NCBI RefSeq assembly: GCF_902459465.1
Contig: NC_047064.1
Location: forward strand, 10,618,160 to 10,682,159
DNA length: 64,000 nucleotides
DNA from: Asterias rubens
Lineage: Eukaryota
Direction: 5' to 3'
Each line of letters starts with the position of its first letter. Position 1 is the first letter of the stretch. The notes beneath the pieces were generated by a model. It saw nothing but the letters and a program-made list of their open reading frames with translations, did no database searches and was not told where the DNA came from. The translations under genes were made by a program, and so were the position numbers. Below, one piece after another: positions 11,321 to 24,250 of the stretch.

Positions 11321-12349
11321 TAAGAAACCGGAATTTTGATGCCTCTATGCAATAATATTTGCATGTTGATAAAAACCTGAAATGAAGTCAAATAATTAAC
11401 TGTCAGTTTTGAAACTTTTTCCGTAAATAGTATAATTATAACTTGTTCTTATAGAGCGTTAAACAACAATGTGCTTTACATTGGTGCCCTGGTCATTGGT
11501 CAAATAAAAACATCCCTTTCACATTTCTCAGCTCCTTTGGGAGTATACAGCCTGAGCTGCCGTGGCACTCCAAAGGCGTATTTTAAACACATTATCAACC
11601 CCTATCATTGCAGGCACCCATTTATACCCCTGGGTGATTAGAAGCAATTGTTGTATTCCCAAAACACAAGTGTCATGACCGGGTTTCATAGTCTTTGAAG
11701 AAGCAGTAAAACTTGATTGAATTATACAATGAGGGGGTCAGGTTGCCAGTGGTTTCTTTCCTCGCTTTCTACCTGTAGGACCCCGGTTCGAATCCTGCTG
11801 GAGTAATTCCTCAGGGTTGTTAATGTATTCTCTTTATGGGGTTCATGGCTTGTACAGTGATTGAAGGGAAGGTACACGTTTGGTAATTATTGAAAACAAA
11901 TATTAACTTAAAAACTGACTTGGTAATGAGCATTGGGGAGCTGTTGATAGTATAAAACATTGTGGGAAACGACTCCCTCTGAACTAACAGATTTTGAGAG
12001 AGAGGTAATTTCTCACTTAAATAATAAAAGACTTCTAGCTAGAAGTCTTTTATTCCTATCTGAAAGCACATGTATTCGTCCATCAAGGGTGTTTTCTCTT
12101 TCATCATTTTCTCGCAACTCCGATGACCGATTGAGCTCAAATTTTCACAGGTTTGTTATTTTATGCTTATGATGGGATACACCAAGTGAGAACACTGGTC
12201 TTTGACAATTACCAAATGTGTACAGTGCCTTTAAGTTCTCTTTTCTGAGAATCTTTGGATTCACCACCAGAATTAATAATTACAAAAAGTGAAAAATTAT
12301 AGAATTAGAAATGATCACTCTCACTATGAATCTACACTTGTTCTTCCAG

Positions 12350-12429
12350 GTGGAACAAATGTGACCAAGTCCGTTCAGTGTCCGGCTGAAGAGAAACGCA
12401 TGATTGTATCATTAGACATGTCACAAATG
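12350..12429 (+). CDS. AGPS: AGPS exon. Encodes GTNVTKSVQCPAEEKRMIVSLDMSQM.
   Basis: Matches human [26 protein letters not shown]. Acceptor ttcttccag| and donor ATG|gtaagt. Confidence 0.9.
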
Positions 12430-13116
12430 GTAAGTTATGCGTGTTGTTCTGTGGTATGTTCTAACTAAAATAAATAAATCACAAGCACCATCTCTGCCCT
12501 AACAGATACCCATATAAATCTGGGTGATGAGAAGTAATTATAGTTAAGTGTCGTGCTCAAGGACACAGTGTCAAGACGGGTTTCTGCTGAACAGAAACAC
12601 TAGAGCTTGTGTTCATCAGACTAAACCACTCGACCACGATACCACACCGTAGTCTTCATAATGTCTTCTTTCATCAACATAATTGGAATCGGAATGGCAC
12701 GTTTGTTTAAAATTTTGAAAAGAATTCCATAGACTTTTTTTGTGTGTAAAATCCACCATATTGAAACCAAGTCTAACTGAGCCAACAAGACGGAAATGGT
12801 TTTTTTTTTAAAAGAGAGCTGCCTCACCACAGTTAAAGACACTGGACACTATTGATAACTGTCAAAGACCAGTCTTCTCACTTGGTGTATCTCAACATAT
12901 GCATTAAACAAACAAAAACTGTGAAAATTTGAGCTCCATTCGTTGTTGAAGTTGTGAGATAATAATGAAAGAAAAATCACCCTTGTCACACGAAGTTGTG
13001 TGCTAGATCTTTGTTCAAGGGTGCCAGACATTTGGCTAACATTATTAGTTTGATATGGGTCACCAAAGATTCTTGTCATGTAATGTCCCCCCCCCCCCAA
13101 AAAAAAAAAAAAAATG

Positions 13117-13262
13117 CTCTAGAATTCCAAGGGTCGTGGGTTCGAATCCCACCCGAGTAACATGCCTGTGATATTTTTTCACAGGACTCGGGAAAGTACT
13201 GAGTATACAGTGCTAACACACATCAGTGTATGGGTAAAAACCAAAATTAATAGTCTGTGTCT
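13117..13262 (+). mobile_element. SINE-A copy, 5' truncated, preceded by C10A15.
   Basis: Carries the same body and the tail tgggtaaaaaccaaaattaata. Confidence 0.7.
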
Positions 13263-13264
13263 GA

Positions 13265-13408
<144 letters not shown>

Positions 13409-13726
13409 TGAACTAGTTCTTTTATACCTACCACTAGTTTTGAGAAGAAATTTTAATTTTGTGGTACAAAGACAAGATCTAAGGTTAAAGGGTAGAGAGT
13501 TCCAGATGCGTGGCGCAGCTGAAGAAAAAGACCTGTCGACCAGGATTGTCGAGACTTGGGTTTAATGAGGAGAAGGGCGTCTCAAAATGTGCAGAAGGTA
13601 ACTGTGCATCGGATTAATTACTTTATTTTGTGCATACTATTTGAGTTTCCGATGTATCTGACCAATTGTAAGTGTTTAGATACTTTATTGGTGCAGTTGA
13701 CTTACATTTGTCATGATACAATTTGA

Positions 13727-13984
<258 letters not shown>

Positions 13985-13999
13985 TGACATGAGTTCAGT

Positions 14000-14250
14000 A
14001 ACCAAATTATGTTTGTTTTACAAACGTTATAGATTCTGTATTTTATTGCTAAAAAAAGACAATCACTTGAAATACTTCCTAGGACCATAAAAGATTGTGA
14101 ATTTCTTTGTCAAGAACCAATCACGTGATGTGCCACAAACAACCATAATAGATTGTGAACTTTTATTGGTCAAGAACCAGTCACTTGATATGCTACAAAA
14201 GACTGTAATAGATTCTGTATTTTTATTGGTCAAGAACCAATGTGCTCTAA
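14000..14250. repeat. ~58-bp minisatellite, ~4 copies, in AGPS intron 9.
   Basis: The unit is ccataa(a/t)agattgtgaa(t/c)tt..ttggtcaagaaccaRtcac(g/t)tgat(g/a)tgc(c/t)acaaa. Confidence 0.75.
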
Positions 14251-14284
14251 GGTGCTGAAGTTCAAACATAACACATCCAAGTAA

Positions 14285-14635
14285 TTCGTGAAGTGTTGTG
14301 GCCGAGCATATAAGAGCACCAAATTCAAGCTGTGGTGTTTCTGATCAGCAGAGTGTGGGTTCGAAACCCAGTCATTACACGTGCATGTGTTCTTAAGCAA
14401 GATACTTAACCATGATGCTTCGTCCTTCTGATAGGACATAAAGCCGCTGGTCCCGTGTGTTGTGTAACGCGACGTAAAATAACCCAGTAGTGTACTTATC
14501 ACTAAGAGAAGGGTTAACCTCGGTGTTATTGGTTTGATTGGCAACGTATTGCGACACAGCAACTTGTAAACCATTACAAAATTCAAACGTAGTCCCACAT
14601 ACCTTGCAGGAAAATACTGAATTTGCGCTTAGAAA
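14285..14635 (+). mobile_element. SINE-B copy (body subfamily 1).
   Basis: It has the same head, an alternative body, and the same 3' tail ...caaacgtagtcccacataccttgcaggaaaatactgaat. Supplied ORFs 14230-14598 and 14393-14638 (-) lie inside it. Confidence 0.8.
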
Positions 14636-14796
14636 CAACCGTATTAAGCGCGTAATAAATGTTGTGTATTCTTAAGATCTTGGTCATGTGTATGAAAGTC
14701 AACAATGAAGCATGTTTTCCCTATGTTATGTTATCTGTTTGCCATGATTTTTGTTGTATCTGTAATCATAAATATTTGTCGTTTCTTATTATTCAG

Positions 14797-14850
14797 CTTG
14801 TGCATGTGAAAATGGTGACACCACAAGGAACCATTGAAAAGAATTGCCAG
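14797..14850 (+). CDS. AGPS: AGPS exon. Encodes LVHVKMVTPQGTIEKNCQ.
   Basis: Matches human VVHIKMVTPRGIIEKSCQ. Acceptor ttattcag| and donor CAG|gtaata. Confidence 0.9.
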
Positions 14851-14867
14851 GTAATACAATATATATA

Positions 14868-15128
14868 GGGTGCGTTCGTTTAGCTTCCCTGGGTCTACCC
14901 CGCAGTGCTCACTCGGGTAAGCCCCTGACAAGAGCTAAACGAACGACCACTCCTGCTCTCGTAGTGACGTCGTTTACCTGGGGCCAGCCCCAAAGTGACC
15001 CACTCCACAAGCAGGGCACTGGGGGCTGACCTGGGTGAGCCCCTGGAATGACGTCAAAAGCTATTCGAACGCACCGGGGTAGACCGGGATAGACCGGGAT
15101 GACCCAGGGAAGCTAAACGATTGCACCC
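14868..15128. mobile_element. GC-rich ~260-bp element with ~35-bp TIRs in AGPS intron 10.
   Basis: gggtgcgttcgtttagcttccctgggtctacccc (14868-) matches the reverse complement of the 15060-15128 end, gggtgcaatcgtttagcttccctgggtcatcccggtctatcccggtctacccc. Confidence 0.6.
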
Positions 15129-15282
15129 ACATAAGTACAAGTAGAAACATGCTCAGCATACTAATGTTATTAATTTACATGTATTTCGGACAGAGTTAGT
15201 ATGCATTTATTCTATGAAAATATTTTCATTAATAGAGCAATAGTTTGAATTATTTCTAACCTGTGTAATATTTTGTTTCTAG

Positions 15283-15935
<653 letters not shown>

Positions 15936-16505
15936 AAAATGACGTTTCTTTATTTATCATAATCCACTAGGGAAACTGAATGGGGAATAATTTTGGGTTG
16001 AACAAAGAAAAAATTACTAGAGGGGGATTAGTACCTGTAACAATTTGATTAACGTGCTGTCATGCTACCATAGAGGTGCTTAGTGGACGATTTCGAGGTT
16101 ACTGTACGATGTCCATTCCATAGCGTTGCTAACCAAAAGCACACGAAAAAGGCATGCTAACCTTTCGATGCTTACTGCATGAAAATAAATGACGCCACAA
16201 TGCAAATCCATGGTGAACAAGAAATATAGCTGCCTAATTTTTCTGCCAACCTGTGAAATACGCCTGCGCCTTAGCAAATTTTTCTGTGACAGTAAGCATG
16301 AAAATTTGCTTACTGTTAAGCAGCTCTATGACTGCAACTGGGCCCAGATGTTGGTCTACCTATTTTGTCCATTTGTTCAGAGGTGACAAGAAGTTTGTAA
16401 ACTTGGGTGTGATCTCTAGCTATACGGCAGTTTAAAGTTGAATGGCTGCTGAGTGGCACCCCCAAGCAAATTTATTGACAAAATAGGTAGACCGCCATCA
16501 AAGGC

Positions 16506-16856
16506 AAGATAGCTTAAAGACACTGGACACTGTTGGTTATTGTCAAAGACCTGTCTTCTCACTTGGTGTATCTCAACATATGCACAAAATAACAAACCTG
16601 TGAAAATTTGAGTTTGAGATAACTGTGAAAGAAAAAAACACCCTTGTCACATAAAGTTGTGTGCTTTCAGATGGTTGATTTCGAGACCTCAAATTCTAAA
16701 TCTGAGGTCTCGAAATCAAATGCGTGGAAATTTACTTTTTTTTTCTCGAAAACTACATCACTTCAGAGGGAGCCGTTTCTCACAATACCAAGTGAGGTTT
16801 TATGCTGATAATTATTTTGAGTAATTACCAATAGTGTCCACTGCCTTTAATTGGTA
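16506..16856 (+). mobile_element. MITE-C copy.
   Basis: Flanked by cTTAAag...ccTTTAAtt. Lies in AGPS intron 11. Confidence 0.8.
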
Positions 16857-17264
16857 AAGCAAGGTCACAGGTTCGAATTATGCTCCAATCAAATTTTCTT
16901 TGTTTAAGTCCAAATTATTTTCTATTTAAAGTTTAGAAAAGCTCCTTGTAACTTGGTAATGCCTGGAATGGTCCAATGGTCCTCCATTAGTGATTCGAGT
17001 CATGACACCTGTGTCGTAAGCAAGACACCTAACCATGATGCTTCGTCCTTCGGATGGGGCATAAAGCCGGTGGTCCTGTGTGTTGTGTAATGCACATAAA
17101 AGGAGCCAGTGCACTTAGTGAAAAGAGATGAGGTCCTGGTTGATTGGCAGCATATTGCGCCACAAGTCATTTTGAGATATGGCGGACACGATACTATGAC
17201 ACTATTCGGTTGGGGTTAATTTGTCTGTGTACACCCAAACAGAACAGTGCACTACTGTAGTGTC

Positions 17265-17635
17265 CACCATGGCATGTTATGGCCGAGCGGTTGAGAGCAC
17301 CGGATTCAAGCTCTGTTGTTTGATCGGCAGGGTGTGGGTTCGAATCCCGGTCGTGACACTTGCTACATAAAATTGGGGAGGTATTGCTTTCTGCTCTAAC
17401 GGCCAGGCTTCGGACTGATGATACCCAAGCCTACATCTGTATGGACTGTTTCAGCCCTAGGAGTAGGTGGCAACAGCCTCTGGACAAAAATAATTGTAGC
17501 CCACACCTTGAAGTGGCCTTCAGGCCTTGTGTGTCTGGCGCCATACCTAAAAAAGGCTAATGGTGATGTCAAAGGAGTAGGTCTCATAATTCAAACGTAG
17601 TCCCACATGCTCTGCAGGAAAATACTGTATATTAA
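17265..17635 (+). mobile_element. tRNA-derived SINE-B, full length.
   Basis: The head gtcatggccgagcggttgagagcaccggattcaagctctgttgtttgatcggcagggtgtgggttcgaatcccggtcgtgac carries the B-box GGTTCGAATCC. The tail ends attcaaacgtagtcccacatgctctgcaggaaaatactg. Related copies (two body subfamilies sharing this tail) lie at 14285-14635, 16940-17190, 28222-28480, 34038-34330, 38735-38900, 24700-24880 (-), 40280-40425 (-), 12470-12650 (-) and 63330-63565 (-). Confidence 0.8.
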
Positions 17636-17704
17636 ATAGCCTTGAGCATCGCTGAGTGACGGGTTATTAGTTTCTAACTGTACAGGATTGATTTTACCCC
17701 TTAG

Positions 17705-17756
17705 CGTTGTGCACCAGCATCCATACGACTCATGGACAATGAACAGTTCAAGTTCG
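17705..17756 (+). CDS. AGPS: AGPS exon. Encodes RCAPASIRLMDNEQFKF(G).
   Basis: Identical to human RCAPASIRLMDNKQFQFG apart from two substitutions. Acceptor ccccttag| and donor TCG|gtgaga. Confidence 0.9.
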
Positions 17757-18750
17757 GTGAGATATTCCTCTTTTCATTCTCATCTTGGTAAAGCACTTTG
17801 CAGCACTAAACTTAAATTCTAGTTGCTGAGTTGTCAAAGTGAGGGTTTAAACTCATGCATATGTTTTTTTTCTTCTTGTTTTTGGTATTTCTGGCATTAT
17901 TTTATTAACCATCGTTTATAAAAATATTATAATCATGTTAAACGCATTTACAAAATGCTATAAAAAGCATTTACAAAATGCTATAAAAAGTAAAAGCACT
18001 TGTTTTATAGGTTGATTATTGGTTTGAAAGTTTATGTGATGTAGTTTGTGACTTTGTATGTAGTGAACAACCTGATTATGGTTGCTAATAAGAGATCGTT
18101 ATCCTATTGAATATTGGTAGGATGCACTCAGGAATTCAATTTCATAATTAAGCATCCTCAAAAGAAATTCATTGTGAAAGGTTTTCTAACAACTGTCTGC
18201 ATGAATAGACGCACATGCCACATTACAAATGGTCACTATTACTTATGAAATAATAACAATAAAGATTGATATGTACGCATTTATCCGGAAAACCTGATCA
18301 AGGCGCCTACACACACAAAAGGAAAACAGCTGTAGCAAAGCAAGAGCTTCTGATCTATCTACAAGGCACCCAAAGATTCATTCTTTATTGAGGGGAATAA
18401 TTGCTTCTCCTGACAATGACTAGAGCAAGCTAGTCAAAACTTTGAGACCAATTCAAGAACTATCTCTGTGGTAGTGCAGGTATTAACGATCTTATAAGCT
18501 AAAGTAGTAGTTCCAGCAAATTTTCTATACCTTCTGCCCGGGTAGTTAAAAAGCAGGACAGTTTTTCTCAGAACTAAGAATTCTCCCAAACATCTTAAAG
18601 AAAGACAGTACTCTAAGAACAAACTCTACCTGGCAAGTATATAAACACATGGTGTTTATCGCAAACCAAATATATATTGATACCTCACCATGCAATGCCT
18701 CAAATCTTGTATAATAATTGCTTACTTTTAATTCTTGATTGGCTTGGCAG

Positions 18751-18827
18751 GTCAAGCTCTGAAAGGACCAGCAGCATCAATGTGGACTTCACTGATGGAC
18801 AGCCTGAAGAAAGTCTATGTTACTAAG
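18751..18827 (+). CDS. AGPS: AGPS exon. Encodes (G)QALKGPAASMWTSLMDSLKKVYVTK.
   Basis: Matches human [25 protein letters not shown]. Acceptor ggcttggcag| and donor AAG|gtacag. Confidence 0.85.
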
Positions 18828-19349
18828 GTACAGAGCATGAAATTGTGAAAAGCGTCTGCGAAATTATCTAGTTCCTTACTTTAGGGGACTTTTTTTGACT
18901 GCGCTCTTTTTAACCATTGATTCAGCGTACTCACAAAAAGAACTCAAGGCTGAACACAAACGCCATTGGCTACTTTGGTCTATGTTCACCTTCGATTCAC
19001 AATGGGTAGTTTCATCTTGGTTTGAGTTTAACCTACTCGGAGAAATACTACATACATAGTGAGGCAGCCATCGTTGTTGTGTGCATTCAACTGGAGTGAT
19101 TAAAGACAGTGGACACTATTTGTAATTGTCAAAGACCAGTCTTCTCACTTGGTGTATCCCAACATATACATAAAATTACAAACCTGTGAAAATTTGAGCT
19201 CAATTGGTCGTTGAAGATGCGAGATAATAATGAGAGAAAAGACACCCTTGTCACATGAGGTTGTGTGCGTTTAGATGGTTGATTTTGAGACCTCAACAGA
19301 TTGAAACATTTACATACTAACTAAAATATAATTTGTTTCTCCTTTTTAG

Positions 19350-19412
19350 TTAAAGAGGTTTGATCCTAGCGTAATGGTGGTTGCTACACTGCTCTTTGAA
19401 GGAACGAAAGAG
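19350..19412 (+). CDS. AGPS: AGPS exon. Encodes [21 protein letters not shown].
   Basis: Matches human [22 protein letters not shown]. Acceptor cctttttag| and donor GAG|gtacag. Confidence 0.88.
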
Positions 19413-19559
19413 GTACAGATTCTTTAATGAAATTGTTTGCATTAAGTTTTACAATAATGGGTTAAATATTTTAGAAAAATAACTCCCCTTGAATGGGGCA
19501 AAAGCAAGCAATACAACTGTATTCCCTAAAAAAATGATCTGTGCTCGGCCTAAGGCCTA

Positions 19560-20245
19560 TAAAAAAAAAAATATGTTGGATTGCCCTATCCCGACCGTCC
19601 TTAAAATGAGGAAAATCTTGGTCGCATTTTTTTTTCTTTCTCTTTTTCTGTTTTTTTTTTTTTTTTTTTTACTTCAGAATTACGATTTCATGAATATTTT
19701 ATGCTTACAAAATGGCAGATTTGACACAAATATTTATTTTCGACCGATTACTTACTGTCGACAACAATAATTATCTAGTGCAACAAATAGTGCAACACAG
19801 TGGTGGTATTCAACCTTCGCAGAAGCCCAACGGAGATCGATTTCCCTCTCACACATATCAAACCGCACGCCGTTTATCCGACGTCACAATTTCACAAGGA
19901 ACCAGTCTAACAATCCATTGAACAACAGAGGGCGCTGTTGCCAGTAATGCCCTTATATGGTATCGCTCGTTTATTGAATGGACGAAAAAAATGGTGAATG
20001 AAATGACTCTCCGAAATAGTTTTTGAAGGATTTTGCCAAAATAAAGACACAAAAAGAGTGCTTGAAGCGAGATATAAGTTGAAATACCTTGCTTGTTTGA
20101 CAAACAGATCTTTCATGAAATGTTTATGCAGTTTTGGCAGGACATTCTTTGACATCTCAAAAAAAATAATAATAATAATCACGACCGACCGACCCAAGCA
20201 AAAAATCGGGTGAACGGGCAATCCAACATATATATTTTTTTTTGC
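19560..20245. mobile_element. ~680-bp element with ~30-bp TIRs in AGPS intron 14.
   Basis: The start aaaaaaaaaaatatgttggattgccctatcccgaccg matches the reverse complement of the end cggtcggtcgtgattattatt...gggcaatccaacatatatattttttttt. Confidence 0.55.
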
Positions 20246-21602
20246 CTAATTGCATGGCTCTCCGTATAGTAAGCCAAGAATCAGTGCTTACAGGAGCAGG
20301 GAATTTCAAGCTTACATCAAGCCTATTTCACTGGTTAGTAGGGAGTTTTGATAATGCACAAGCGTAGACCAAAATACTGGGCATTCTTTGCTTACACAGC
20401 TAGCATAGAAACTCACCCTATAGCCTAAACATCTGACGTCACACTTTGAGGCTTGTGAATAGCGCCAGCGACTGGCCTCCTGTCAACGTGTACATGTGCA
20501 CTTTTGACATACATTCATTTCCCATAGTGATAGGAGTGTACTGTTGAGGCATCTATTGAAAGCTCATGTCACCGCACATTATCAAATGATATTATTGTAT
20601 CCACTGGATCTGAGTAGCAGGTACCTGTCTTTATCCTTGCAGATAAAGACAGGGGCCCTGTTTGGCCCTTGCACAGTGAGTGGACAATAGTGTAAAGTGG
20701 TGAATAGTGATCGTTAGCGTTGATAGAAATCATGAATAATTAGAGCAATGAAATCAGGCCCTGGGTAATTTAGAATGACAAAAACAACGTCTCGAAAGAG
20801 AATTTTCATAGGATCTTGTAAGTTAAAGGAACGTTACAGAATTGGGAAGAAATAAAAACGTGAAGATCACAGGTGTACATAAAACTTACACGGTCTAATG
20901 ATGATGGTAGTTGAAAGCATCCTTTGAAATATTTCTGTCTGAAATGTCATATTTGATGAGAAGTAAACAATCCAACTTCTCGTTTGGAGTTTATCGCTCA
21001 GGGAGCGTTTTGCTCATTTATAATTGGTTTTTCACTATTCTCTCGTGACCCAGATGGCCGATCGATCTCAAACTTCTACAGATTTGTCAGTTTTGTACAG
21101 TATATGGTGAATTACATATGTGTTTACAATGCCATTAACTGTGTTGTTAGCAAAAACCAATTCTGTTATGTTCCTTTAAATGTTGGACCTTTTTTCAGAC
21201 CAACTGGAACCATTTACACAATCATGGGTAGAATATAAGGTTGATTTAAGTTTTAAGTCAGTTGTTACAGCTCATTGTTGATACAATTATTAGTTCATTG
21301 TTTACAGTAATATCGTGCAGCTGGTTTTAGCAAAAAACAACACTATTTTAAACACTTGTCACAAGAGGGTGCTGTTCAAAATGGATGTGTGATATATTTA
21401 TTTACCCTTGGTAATATATTTCCAATTGAATCATTCTCAAAAACTTCCATTATCCAAAAACTTCCATTATAATCAAAAAATTGTTAGGGTTATTTAATTT
21501 CTTTTGAAGAATGGCCATGTAATTAAATCTTTAACTTGGAGGGTTGGTTTGCTTTTGTAACAGTTATCATAATACACAATGTCTTGCACTTCTTCTCTCT
21601 AG

Positions 21603-21652
21603 GATGTTGCTTCTCAAGAGAAGAAAGTCTACACAATAGCTTCTCAATTCGG
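21603..21652 (+). CDS. AGPS: AGPS exon. Encodes DVASQEKKVYTIASQF(G).
   Basis: Matches human LQHEKQVYDIAAKFGG. Acceptor cttctctctag| and donor CGG|gtaaga. Confidence 0.85.
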
Positions 21653-21846
21653 GTAAGAGTATTTCAACTTCATCCTTTAATAGTCTCATTCAAGCTTCTA
21701 TCAGTTTTGTTTTTTGTTGAATTTCTGTGCTTTTTTAGTTATGTGATGTTTTTAGTTTTGAAGTGCAGAATTTTCACTTTCAGTCATGACAGTAAGCAGA
21801 ACCAAGAAATTGTGCCTGGTACAAGTTACCCAGAAAAAAAAATTAT

Positions 21847-22218
21847 ATTTGAAAGACACTGGACACTATTGGTAATTGTCATAGACCAGTGTCCTCACTT
21901 GGTGTATCTCAACATGCATAAAATAACAAACCTGTGAAATTTGAGCTCAAGTGGTCGTTGAAGTTGCGAGATAATACTGAAAGAACAAACACCCTTGTCA
22001 CATGAAGTTGTGTGCCTCCAGATGCTTGATTTTAAATTCTAAATCTGAGGTCTTGAAATCAAATTCGTGGAAATTACTTCTCTCTCGAAAACTACGTCAT
22101 TTCAGAGGGAGCCATTTCTCACATCATTTAGTACTATCAACCTCTCCCCATTACTCGTTACCAAGTAAGGTTTTATGTTAATAATTATGTTGACTAATTA
22201 CCAATAGTGTCCACTACC
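21847..22218 (+). mobile_element. MITE-C copy.
   Basis: Full length, flanked by tttgaaag...ccttgaaa. It lies 195 bp downstream of AGPS exon 15. Confidence 0.8.
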
Positions 22219-22728
22219 TTGAAATACTGTGGAAAGTGAAGGAAATTTAATGGGATTGGAGCAATCAAACCAAAAGCTTGTATGAATGTGCACAGAAAGG
22301 AGATTTTGTCAAGAAAATAATAATTGGAGCTTTCACTAAAGGTATCTACAGGATTGGTGGAGCTGAAAAAAACAGTTACAGACAATGTTCATGTTTATGT
22401 TGATCAACCATGAGAAATATCACAAGTGTCATCTCCCACCGGTGATGTGTTTATATATTTGCTTAATTTTACACGTTTCTCTTACGTTTATCAGCTTATC
22501 CATGTTTGCTTATTAATAAAAGTGCAGTGACCACAGCCAATTGCCTGCGGGCATCTTAGGAATTTTGTTTAAGGTGTGGCAAGCCCATATTTCCGTACGC
22601 AGGGTAACCTGGGTGCCTGTATTTCTAAGGCTTTTCTTTTCCTGGTTTCGTTTGGTTAAGTGCGCCGTATTTTCTGTAGTCAGCTAGTTTCATTGCCGCT
22701 TTCTTTTGTTATATCAGTTTGCCGCCAT

Positions 22729-22820
22729 AAACTCCTGTAAACTCCTGTAAACTCCTGTAAACTCCTGTAAACTCCTGTAAACTCCTGTAAACTCCTGTAA
22801 ACTCCTGTAAACTCCTGTAA
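22729..22820. repeat. 10-bp minisatellite (AAACTCCTGT)x9.
   Basis: Perfect tandem copies. Confidence 0.9.
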
Positions 22821-24079
22821 ACCTCCCTGTACATAATTGTTACGTTCCCACTGTGTTGAAGTGATTTCCCCGATGACAATTTTTCACCTGCTCCTCGATG
22901 AGTCATAAAATAAATTACCGGGTCGATAAACACAATTGTCTACGACTGTTCATTGTTATACATCAACACGGTGACAACAAGGTTTGGGTTGAATCCATTG
23001 TGTGTGTCTGGAGAAAATATTGGAAAACCATGCACAATGTTCAGCATGTAAACACGTTATCCTTAAGAGTTCAGATATCAATAAACATGTAAACCACAAG
23101 GGAAACTGACTAGGTAAACTTTAAAATGATTTTTGGGGGTTGAAACAAAAACAATACTATTTCAGGGGGAAATATAGTATGAACTTCATAATCAGTGAGC
23201 TTTCAGAAAGAAAAGAAGGGAATTTTTGGTTATCCTAGGCATTCTTGTATAACACTTTAAAAACAAATGCTCATGTTTTTTTCAAACACCACCCAAGCTG
23301 TTACTAATTTGTTAATAATAAACTTCAATGAAAATGTTTGCACAACTTTTTATATAAGAGAAACGGCCTCTGAAGCGAAATATATAATGATTTATACTTG
23401 ACACACTTTGTAATCTAATGTTGAAACACTGAGCAAAGTCTACTACAATGTTTTGCAATTGCTAATGTCATTTTTTCACAGAAAACTCCAAGTGCCGTTA
23501 TCTTTGTGTTTGAATTTGTCTGTAATCCTTGTTTGCTTTTCATTTGGTGTTTGCTGTGGACAGTGTTCCTTTTTTTTCTTGTGACAAATTGGCACTCCTT
23601 TACTCAATATGTAAAGACACTAAGTATAGTTACTATTGACTTAGGCCATATTAAAAATAATACCAGTTGATCCTCCCCGCCCACATTCTTTTTTTTTGGG
23701 GGGGGGCATCGTTTTAAAAACAAATTTTGCTTTTATTTGTTCGTACTTTTATTTATTTATTTATTTTTTTAATCCATAAGGACTGACCTAGAGCCGTTTC
23801 CCAAATCTAACGTGATGCTCTCGAATACTTGTAATCGTCTTGTTTCATAAAACAGAATTAGTGAATGCCTACTAGCGAATCTTTATAGTGTTATAATCTT
23901 ACCCTGTAAACCCGGGTTTTCATGCAACAACTAAATATAAAATAAGTTTGCGGTTGGTTCAAACTGAGGAATTGGTGGCCTGTTTGATTTGAATAATAAG
24001 CGGCCATCTTGGGAAAAAAAAAGAAAAAAAAGATAAAAAAGGCCCCCATCCTCCTCTTTTTTGAAAAATTTCTGAATGA

Positions 24080-24250
<171 letters not shown>

